A stretch of 64,000 nucleotides of DNA from Thecamonas trahens ATCC 50062 (Eukaryota > Protista > Apusomonadida): NCBI RefSeq assembly GCF_000142905.1, contig NW_013657656.1, positions 179,369 through 243,368 on the forward strand. The letters run 5' to 3'. Below, in pieces: positions 10,547 to 18,903 of the stretch. Position numbers and translations under genes: made by a program. The notes under the pieces were generated by a model. That model made no database searches. It saw only the letters and a list, made by a program, of their open reading frames with translations, and was not told the origin of the DNA. Position 1 is the first letter of the stretch, and the number at the start of each line of letters is the position of its first letter.

Positions 10547-12457
10547 TCAGGAGGCAAGACCAGCATGGCGCTTGAGCGGCGGCTCGTCGAGAACGTCGTC
10601 GGCCGGTGGAAGCTGGCCGCCCGAGGCGAGGCCGGGCACCTGGGGAGGAGCGGTAGCACCGGAAGCAGCGGCGACGGGGTTCTCGCCAAGAGAACCGTTC
10701 TTGGCCGTGTCGTCTACAGTCCGCTTGACACCGCGCTCAGCGTCGGTGGGAGCAGGGGTCGGCTCGGTCGGCTGCGCCTCCTGGCCCTGAGTCTGGCCCT
10801 GAGTCCGGCCCTGGGCCTGGGCCTGGGCCGCCTGGCCCTGTGACGCGGCTACACTCTGGTTGTGCATGCCGGGCATGCCGGGCATGCCGGGCATCATGCC
10901 GGTAAAGCCCGGCATTCCGCCCATACCGGGCATACCAGGCATCATGCCGTTGTTGCCCATGGCACCCATGTTAGGCATACCGGGCATACCGGGCATGGCG
11001 CTCATTCCGCCCATACCATACGGCGACATCCACGGCGGCATCATAAAGTTGGGCGTGGCCTGGCCCTGGGCCTGGCCCTGCTGACCCTTGGCTTGGCTGG
11101 CCTGGCCCTGACCCTCGCCGGCACCATCCTTGGTCGGCTGCTGGGTCGAGGGCTCAGCGGGCGGCTGAGCCTCGGAGGTGGCCTGGCTGCCTTGAGCGGC
11201 AAGCTGGGCAGGGGCGGCGGGCTGGGCGGGAGTGGGCTGTGTGGCCTGATGCTGGGTCGGATCAGCGCCTGGCATGCCGGGCATGCCAAACGAGGGCATC
11301 ATGCCCGGAGCGCTGCCGTTCATGCCTGGCATGAACATGGGCATGCCAAACGGCATGCCGTACGGGCTCATGCCGCCCATGCCCATCATGCCACCCATGC
11401 CCTGCATGGCCGAGTTCGAATCGTCGCCGGGAGCGCCCTGCTGCTGTTGCTGCTGCATCTGGGCCTGCATCTGGGCCATCTGGGCGGCGGCGAGGGCCAT
11501 CTGGGCAGCTGCCATGTAGTCGTAGTCAAAGTTTCCGCCGACCATGCCGCCGAGCTCAGGCCGGCCACCGTATGACTGCTGCTCTGTGGCCTGCATGGGA
11601 GCGTGCGAGACGATCATGGCCTCTGCGGCAGTCTCGGGCTTCCACACGCCCTTCTGGAGGAGAAGGACGCAGCGGGGGCAGTTAGCGCCGTGGGTGAGGC
11701 GGTGGTCCTTGTGCGGGCGGAGGGCGCGCTCGTGCTGCGAGACCGAGTACTTGCGGGCGGCCGGGGTGGCGGCCATGGAGACCCAGTTGCAGCCGACATG
11801 GCCGCACTCGTGGTCTGAGCGGGCGGAAAAGTCGCCGCGCTTGTTCTCTTCGGGGTTTGAGCTCCACACCCCCTCGCCGATGAGCTCGATGCAGCGCGGG
11901 CAGACGAGCGAATGGTTTGCAAAGTGCTCCTGATGGATCTGAAAGGTCTGCTCGTGCTTGAGGACCTCCATCTTGCGCGAGCGCGCGGCGACGGCAAACG
12001 AGGTGAACTCGCAGCCCGAATGGGCGCAGTGCTGGCCAGGCGGCATGCGGTGCGAGGCGAGCGAGGTGAGCGGGAGCTTGGGCGGCGGGAGCTCGCCGTC
12101 TGGGTGCTCCTCATAGCAATGGCGGACAAGAGAGGCAATAATGGAGGCGAGCTCAGCAGCGGCAAACTCGGGGGTGGAGGCCTCGCGTGGGAGTGCAACT
12201 TGGACGTTGAGGCAGCCGTACGGGCAGATAAAGCGCAGCGAGGAGGTCGGCGCCGAGACGGCGAGTAGAGACTCGAGGTCACTTGCGGAGCGTACAGAGC
12301 CGAGGTGCGACGAGACGGCAGCCACGAGCGACTTGACGCTCTCCTCGGACGGGGCATCCACGTCAGGCGCAATGCATGCTTGTAGTGTCACATGTAGCCA
12401 CTCTTGGAGGGTCGGGTCCGCCTCCTCCTGCGTTGCAGCCTTGGGGTTGGTAGCCAT
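10547..12457 (-). CDS. Hypothetical protein with tandem Cys/His-rich (zinc-finger-like) repeats and M/G/P/Q low-complexity C-terminal half; possible transcription regulator
   Basis: 636-aa ORF with two aligned CxHxGC...HE...H..H...H...CPRC..L...GVW units; terminal PPLKRH resembles an NLS. Confidence 0.8.
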   Translation of the reverse strand: MATNPKAATQEEADPTLQEWLHVTLQACIAPDVDAPSEESVKSLVAAVSSHLGSVRSASDLESLLAVSAPTSSLRFICPYGCLNVQVALPREASTPEFAAAELASIIASLVRHCYEEHPDGELPPPKLPLTSLASHRMPPGQHCAHSGCEFTSFAVAARSRKMEVLKHEQTFQIHQEHFANHSLVCPRCIELIGEGVWSSNPEENKRGDFSARSDHECGHVGCNWVSMAATPAARKYSVSQHERALRPHKDHRLTHGANCPRCVLLLQKGVWKPETAAEAMIVSHAPMQATEQQSYGGRPELGGMVGGNFDYDYMAAAQMALAAAQMAQMQAQMQQQQQQGAPGDDSNSAMQGMGGMMGMGGMSPYGMPFGMPMFMPGMNGSAPGMMPSFGMPGMPGADPTQHQATQPTPAQPAAPAQLAAQGSQATSEAQPPAEPSTQQPTKDGAGEGQGQASQAKGQQGQAQGQATPNFMMPPWMSPYGMGGMSAMPGMPGMPNMGAMGNNGMMPGMPGMGGMPGFTGMMPGMPGMPGMHNQSVAASQGQAAQAQAQGRTQGQTQGQEAQPTEPTPAPTDAERGVKRTVDDTAKNGSLGENPVAAASGATAPPQVPGLASGGQLPPADDVLDEPPLKRHAGLAS

Positions 12458-13003
12458 AACGTCAACGTCACACGGCCAAAAAATGTGAGGTGGTAGTGTA
12501 AAAAAACGTTGCTGAGAGGGCGACCTCGCGGGGAAACGTTCGTCAACGGTTCCCCATTTTTTTGCTACGCGAGCCCATTGGCACGCTCAACCTCCCACGC
12601 CGGGCCAGCCCAGGTCGGCACACATGCGCAACCGGGCGGGGAACATGCTATCGGCATGCTCGCTATCAACTGCTTCCACAGGCCCATTCCCTAAATCCGA
12701 CACGGGCTGTCTAGCCTGCCCAACTCCCCACACCTATCCTCCACGTGCGGGCGTTTCGACGCGCGTCGCCGTTCGCACTGCTCACGCGTGCCTCTCGCCA
12801 CGTCGAATTCCGCTTCGGTCGCGCTCCGCCTCCTTAACTCAAAATTTTCTGCTCCGCACCAGCCACTTTCGCTCCGGAACTGGTCACGTCCCGGTAGATG
12901 ACTGGTTGGCTGGATGAAGGCAGGGATGGCTGTGACAGCTTACGGAGGGGAGGTATTGGCGCCAAATTCACCTCTCGCCTGCGGCTGCCGCTCCTGCCCG
13001 CCC

Positions 13004-15139
13004 ATGGCGTTCTCGCTCATCGAGACCAAGCGCGTTGCCGGCGGCCTGGTCTCGGCCGCATGGTGCCCTACCATGGACGTCCTCGCGGTGGCGTCAGAGG
13101 ACGGCGAGCTCTGGCTCCACAGGCTCTCGTGGCTGAGATTGCTGAGCATGGCGCACTCGGCGCCGGTCACTGTCCTCGGGTGGGCGCCGAGTGGGACGCA
13201 GCTGGCGGTGGCCGGCTCGGACGGTTCGCTCTTGGTGCTCGACATTGAGCGCGGGCCTGCGCCTCTGGTGGCGCTCGCTGCGCCGGGCGCACCCGCCGTC
13301 GCTGTCGTCGAGTGGCGGGCGTGGCCGGGAACAAGCGCGGCGCCGCTGGTGGCGCGCTCGCGGCTCGACAAGCTCCTCCCGCGGCCGCTTGCGCTCTCGG
13401 AGGAGCTGGAGATGCTACTTGGGGCCGGTGCGAGCGACTACGTGCCTCCGCTCGGCTTCCCCACGCCGCTTGCGCCGCCGATCCCCGAGACGCGCCCGCT
13501 CGACGTGCTCGTTACGGGCGGGACAGACGGTTCGCTCGTGCTCCAGGCCCACGCGGCGCTCGTCCTTGCTCGGCTCGAGTTTTCGGGCAGCGTCGTTGCA
13601 GCGAGCCTAGGCGAGACACCGTCGGCCGGTGTGGTGGTTACGCTGTCGGACGACGGCAGCTTTGGACTCACCAGCTTTTCTCTGGTGGCGCTCACGAGCG
13701 TGTCGCTCCCGCTCATCTCGCAGGTGGCCAAGACGCAGTTTGCGCTCCGGGCGATGCTCGCAGCGCTCCACAAGTCGCTCAGCCTCGCACAAGCAGCGTG
13801 GGCCGAGGGCATCTCGGCTTACGCTGGCAAGATGAACGAGTTTGAGGAGTTGCTCAAGGCATACGCGTCCAAGTCGACGATCGAGGACGAGTTTCTCGGC
13901 ATGCTCGCCACCGGCATGGCCTCGCCAGCCATGCTGCAGTTTGTGACGCGGACGCTTGGCGATTCGACAATTGCCAAGCTTTCCAAGACACTGGTGACCG
14001 CGTGCTCACGGGTGGCTACGGTCACGCTCCACTCACTCCTGCCGGGCATCCAGCGGCTGCTGCTGCTTCTCGCGGAGCTCTCCGGCGCACTCGAAGCATC
14101 GGGCGGCCTGCCGGGCCTTGATGGTGGGCACCTCACGGCCATGACTCACGCGGCCGGCACGTTTAAGCTCAAGCTGGAGGAGCTGCTGCTGGCGGTGGAG
14201 GACATGGGCGCCAACTTTCACGCTTTCCTCCACTGGCTCTCGATCGTGTGCTGCAAGCTCTCGGACCAGCCGCTCTCACCAGAGCTTGCGGCGCACCCGC
14301 CGGACATCCAGCTCGTGGCCTCGTTCCTCGCGCGCGACATGATGCACCACCGGGTGTCTCTCCTCCTCGGCGAAGCGGCCATGCCTGTTCCCGAGTTTCC
14401 AGCGACGACGCTGACCGAGACGCAGCTGCCGTTTGTCCGGCTCTGTCCAGCCAATGCCTCGCTCCCGCTTGGCCTCGCGCTGGAGGAGCTCATGGCGTTT
14501 GACCTGGCTGCCGGCCTCGCGCCGGCGGTAGCCGACTCGGCTCGGCTCACGCCGCCCGTCGTCCTCGCCGCTGACGGCGAGGAGTCGTACAGCTTTGTCT
14601 CGACCTTTAATCACGAGTCAGGGCGGCATCTTCTCGTTGCCTGGGCACCGACCACATCGCCCGACCTTGTCGCCCTCAGCTTTGCACCAGGACTTGGCTC
14701 GGCCGGCTACACCGTGGTCTCGCTGCCCGGCGTGCCGGTTGCTGTCGAGGTGTACAACTCGTCGTCGCTCGGTGTGCTCATACAGATCGACGATGATGAT
14801 GGCCGCGAGCTTGCGCTCATCGACTTTGACGAGTGCGAGTGGTCGCCGCTCGCACTCGGGGCTGACCGACGCGACGACGACGACGACGAGCTGGTGGTCG
14901 ACGCCGGTGTGCCGCTCATTCCCTACCTGGCTGCTCTCGCAGCCGGCAGCGAGCTGGCGGAGGAGACCCGGCGGCGGAGGTTAGCTGATGCGACAGGATA
15001 CCTCCTGGCGGTCTCGGGTACTCGCGGCGTTGGCGCGGTTGTGGGCTGCTCCGGAGAGGTCGCCCTCCTTGATATGGAGGACGACGAGGATGAGGAGGAC
15101 GAGGAGGACGAGGAGGATGGCGGCGGCAGCGAAGAGTAA
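13004..15139 (+). CDS. ANAPC4: Anaphase-promoting complex subunit 4
   Basis: WCPTMDVLAV...LWLHRLSW...VTVLGWAPSGTQLAVA (APC4 WD40), long helical domain with FHAFLHWL, acidic tail. ATG 13004 preferred over 12914. Confidence 0.88.
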   Translation: MAFSLIETKRVAGGLVSAAWCPTMDVLAVASEDGELWLHRLSWLRLLSMAHSAPVTVLGWAPSGTQLAVAGSDGSLLVLDIERGPAPLVALAAPGAPAVAVVEWRAWPGTSAAPLVARSRLDKLLPRPLALSEELEMLLGAGASDYVPPLGFPTPLAPPIPETRPLDVLVTGGTDGSLVLQAHAALVLARLEFSGSVVAASLGETPSAGVVVTLSDDGSFGLTSFSLVALTSVSLPLISQVAKTQFALRAMLAALHKSLSLAQAAWAEGISAYAGKMNEFEELLKAYASKSTIEDEFLGMLATGMASPAMLQFVTRTLGDSTIAKLSKTLVTACSRVATVTLHSLLPGIQRLLLLLAELSGALEASGGLPGLDGGHLTAMTHAAGTFKLKLEELLLAVEDMGANFHAFLHWLSIVCCKLSDQPLSPELAAHPPDIQLVASFLARDMMHHRVSLLLGEAAMPVPEFPATTLTETQLPFVRLCPANASLPLGLALEELMAFDLAAGLAPAVADSARLTPPVVLAADGEESYSFVSTFNHESGRHLLVAWAPTTSPDLVALSFAPGLGSAGYTVVSLPGVPVAVEVYNSSSLGVLIQIDDDDGRELALIDFDECEWSPLALGADRRDDDDDELVVDAGVPLIPYLAALAAGSELAEETRRRRLADATGYLLAVSGTRGVGAVVGCSGEVALLDMEDDEDEEDEEDEEDGGGSEE

Positions 15140-15153
15140 AGTAGAGTCGCGCG

Positions 15154-16583
15154 CTATGCTTTAGCCTTGGGGATGGTGAGGACAGGAATGTCGAGATGGG
15201 CGCAAAAGCCCGAAATGACGTGGAGGACAAAGTGGAGGTAGGCAAAGGCGGCGACGACGAGGGCAGCCTGGGCGGCGCCACGGTCGGCGACCCAGTGGAG
15301 CGCGGCCGAGTTGGCTGCGAGCGCAATCGGGATGAGAAGGACCGGTGAGCCGTAGACCGGAAAGTGAAGCTTGAGCAGGTGCGCGGTGATGACCCGCCCG
15401 ACGAGTTCACCAAAGACGAGGGTCATGACGGTGTAGTGAACCAGCGGCTGGACAATGTCCGGCGCGTCCGAGACGTCGGAGACCTCTGCGCTCACGACCC
15501 ACACGCCACAGCTCAGCACGTAGACGGCAAAGGGAATGAGCTGTGCGAGGGCGAGGCCGGAGCCTTTCTTGGTCTTCCTCACCGCCGAGACGACCGACGC
15601 GGCGACGGTAAAGATAACTGGGGCGGAGAAGCACAGAACGCCAACTTCGTTGAGGGCCCAGCCGCCAGCGCCGATGGCGTCGAGGGCGGCGAGAGCGGGG
15701 CCAGGCAGGACGTCGCGGGCCGGTAAGAGCCAAAAGTCCGAGCCAAAGTAGCCCGAGGCGAGGGCAACGCCAACGACGCCGATAATGCCCTCGGTCGGAC
15801 CATTGATAACGCCGAGGTAGAGGGTGCCGGTGTGGTACTCTTCCCACGACGCAAAGTAAAAGGGAACGACGCCCATGAGGATGACACCAAAGGTGCCGAG
15901 GCCGTAGCCGAGGCGGAGCACGGCGGCGGTGACAACTGCGGTGATGACCACGTTCACCGCGTCGCAGCCGTGATCAAACAGCTCGCCCAGCGGCGACGAG
16001 GTGCCAGTCGCACGCGCCTGCTTGCCGTCGACGTTGTCCATGGTCTGGTAGAAGAACAGGCCGAGGCCAAAGAGGTAGCAGTACCATGGTGGCGGCGAGT
16101 CTGTAAAGTGCGGGACGGTGGCAAAGACGAGGCAGTACGAGAGCAGCGGGAAGAGAAAGCCGATGAGAGTGATCATGTTAGGTCTGTGTGAAGATGAGGA
16201 GTGGCCGCCCAGCCTGTGATGAGTCACCCGCAGTTGCAAGCTGCACACGCCGTGGTGAGACCTGCCCCGCCCCTCCACGGGGCACGCAGCAGTGTACTAT
16301 GCTACTGTGTACCACCTCTCTACATGGCTGTCCGCCTCTGACTCTCTGCTGCCTGCGCCTACCCGCCCCATCCCGCTCCCCGCTGCTGCCCCCCCCCCGA
16401 CCCGGCCAATGCAGCGTACGCCAGCCAGGGCGGCATGAACGAGGCCACCCAGGTCCAGAACGGATTGAGGATCCAGAGGGAGAGGTACGAGTCATCGACG
16501 GCAGAATACTTGTATTGTCCGAGGGCAGCAAGGTCGTGCACCCTGTACACGCTCAGCCACGTGCCCGTCCCGACTGCACGCAT
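15154..16583 (-). CDS. CEPT1: Choline/ethanolamine phosphotransferase; exons 16583-16420 and 16183-15154
   Basis: YKYSAVDDSYLS...PFW...PPWLA|PNMITLIG joined by a phase-2 GTACGC..CAG intron (16419-16184); CDP-alcohol motif DNVDGKQARATGTSSPLGELFDHGCD; multiple TM segments. Confidence 0.92.
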
Positions 16584-16690
16584 GTCCTCCGCTCACCCCG
16601 CGAGTAGTGGAGTGCTCGCTCGCTTCTCCCGCACGCGCTGTGGCCTGGGACTGTGGCCCATCGGATGGGACGGTGGTAGGAAGAGTCTGC

Positions 16691-17466
16691 TCATCGCTGG
16701 CTCTTCTCCCAGGCTAGCGCCTGCGAGGTAATGGGGATGAGAATGGTGGCCTTGGCGAGGAGGCGGGCATCGGTGGACGCTCCGTTGAGCTTGCGCAGCT
16801 CGGATGGCGTCGATCCAAACTTGGCGGCAATGTCGCGGACGCCCTCGCCGTTGGCAATGGGGTAGGGCATCGAGTGGCGGGCAGGGAGGCTGACGACGTG
16901 TCCGGTCGATGCGCCGGCGGCGGCCGCCATCGCGTCGAGCATGGNNNNNNNNNNNNNNNNNNNNNNNNNNNNNNNNNNNNNNNNNNNNNNNNNNNNNNNN
17001 NNNNNNNNNNNNNNNNNNNNNNNNNNNNNNNNNNNNNNNNNNNNNNNNNNNNNNNNNNNNNNNNNNNNNNNNNNNNNNNNNNNNNNNNGGCATCGCTGCT
17101 GCTGACCGGCGGGGCGCCCGGTGCGTGCGGCGATGCCCGCAGCGCCCGCGCGTCGCGCGATTGGACCGCCTGCCGCAGCGACGTGATGAGCTGTCCATTG
17201 AGTGACTCTGCGCGGGCGAGCTCGGCTCGGAGGCGCTCGGTCTCGTCGCGCAGGAGGGCAGCCTCTGCCTTTGCTCCTCGGACCTCGGCCATCAGCTCGG
17301 CCTCGCGCCGTGCACTCGCCTGAGCCTGGGCCTCGAACCGCTCCTGCAAAGCCAGCAGCATGCGGGTCGGCGGGCCTGCCCCACCCTGCTGGCTTCCTTC
17401 GTCTTGTGGTGAAGCTGCGGCCACGGCCGTGACCTCCAGAATAGCGGCGTCCCAGTCCCAGTCCAT
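16691..17466 (-). CDS. Coiled-coil protein with C-terminal LysM domain (interrupted by an assembly gap)
   Basis: 5' of the gap: MDWDWD...LQERFEAQAQASARREAELMAEVR...ERLRAELARAESLN (heptads). 3' of the gap: YPIANGEGVRDIAAKFGSTPSELRKLNG...LLAKATILIP fits LysM. Joining across the N-gap is inferred. Confidence 0.7.
16945..17088. other. Assembly gap
   Basis: 144 N. Confidence 0.99.
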
Positions 17467-17561
17467 GTGGTGGTGGTCGTGGTGGTGGTGGTGACGGGGA
17501 GGAGTGCAAAGGGGTGCGGAGGGGTACCTCACTCGGACTTCTGGTAGAGGGAGGTGGGGGT

Positions 17562-18085
17562 ATGCGGATCAACGTACGGGGTCAGTGGTGGGGGAGGAGG
17601 GTGGGGGGGTGGGGTGGGGGAGGGGGGAGGGGTTGTGATGGACATGGGTGTAGGGTGGGGGGTGGGGGGGGGGGGGGGGAGGTTGGCTACCCGGACTGGG
17701 TGCGCGAAGGGCACTCACATCCATCGCACACAGGTCCATGTCCGGGAGAAGACCATCGCTGTCCAGTGTGGGGATGGCATTCAGGCTGTCATCTGGCTTG
17801 CCCGTGTCGGTGTCTGTCGCTTTGACGCCAGCTACGGTGAGGAGCTGGGTCAGCCTGTCGGAGTCCGGCTCGAGGACGGTGTTCGCCTCGATCCGGCCGC
17901 CATTGTGGCAGAGACACTGGAAGATGACGGCCATGTCTGGGTTGTCCTTGCCGGTACGTGCTTTCCTTCATCTCTGTCCTTCTCGCCACCCTCTTACCTA
18001 TACACCCGTATCCCCACTCACTTCTTGTCCGATTGCAGACGACGTCCAGCCATCCGGGGCTCCCTCCCCGGCCACTGGCCCGTGA
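17562..18085 (+). CDS. Small (92 aa) standalone Par3/HAL N-terminal (ubiquitin/PB1-like) domain protein; exons 17562-17573, 17734-17953, 18039-18085
   Basis: Spliced product MRIN|VHVREKTIAVQCGDGIQAVIWLARVGVCRFDASYGEELGQPVGVRLEDGVRLDPAAIVAETLEDDGHVWVVLA|DDVQPSGAPSPATGP. Both introns are GTACG..CAG with ACTCAC branch-like motifs and keep frame. Resembles the N-termini of animal histidase and Par3. Confidence 0.75.
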
Positions 18086-18429
18086 TCCAGGCAATATACA
18101 GCCATGGCCCCCCGTGTAGAGTAGAAAAGCATGCATGCGCATGTGCATGAGCTTGTGTATGGGCGTGTGTGTGCATGTGCATGACCTCATCGGTGCCAGC
18201 CATCGTCAGCCGTCCCGGCGTACCAAAGGTGGTTGCGACTCGGGTCGGCTTTGCCTCGGCTTGGCCTTAGCGGCAGAGGCGGTGAATGAACAGTCCACTC
18301 TCAAGCCGACTACGGTTGCATAGGTATGATACAACGCATGCGAGGTGAAGGGGGGGGAAGGGGGGGGGGGAGAGAGGGGGAGGGGGGTATGTATTAGCTT
18401 CCCCTCCCCTCCCCACCCCTTCCCCCTTC

Positions 18430-18668
18430 NNNNNNNNNNNNNNNNNNNNNNNNNNNNNNNNNNNNNNNNNNNNNNNNNNNNNNNNNNNNNNNNNNNNNNN
18501 NNNNNNNNNNNNNNNNNNNNNNNNNNNNNNNNNNNNNNNNNNNNNNNNNNNNNNNNNNNNNNNNNNNNNNNNNNNNNNNNNNNNNNNNNNNNNNNNNNNN
18601 NNNNNNNNNNNNNNNNNNNNNNNNNNNNNNNNNNNNNNNNNNNNNNNNNNNNNNNNNNNNNNNNNNNN
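18430..18668. other. Assembly gap
   Basis: N-run flanked by C/G tracts. Confidence 0.99.
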
Positions 18669-18903
18669 CCCCCCTCCTTGCTCGGCTCGTGCCCGCCTTC
18701 GATGGCGCTCGTCGGGAACATTCGCTCTGAGGGGTGAGGGGTGGCGGAGGAAGAGAGGGGGGGAATGAGGAGGAAGGAAGAGAAAGGAGGGAGGGAGGGG
18801 AGGGGGGAGGGGGGGGGGGGGGGGGATGAACTCATGGATGTGTGGACGGCTGGCGGTGGGCGGAATGGGTGGGTGGGGGTATGGTTGTGCAGAGACAGCG
18901 GGC

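Noticed and set aside
17569-17934. Minus-strand 121-aa ORF, possible upstream exon of the LysM gene
   Set aside because: It is antisense to the better-supported spliced Par3/HAL-domain gene.
18180-18740. Possible small gene around the 18430-18668 gap and a possible ATG11 exon (MALVGNIRSE)
   Set aside because: No recognisable product; the putative intron phase only fits if one G is an error. Unresolved.
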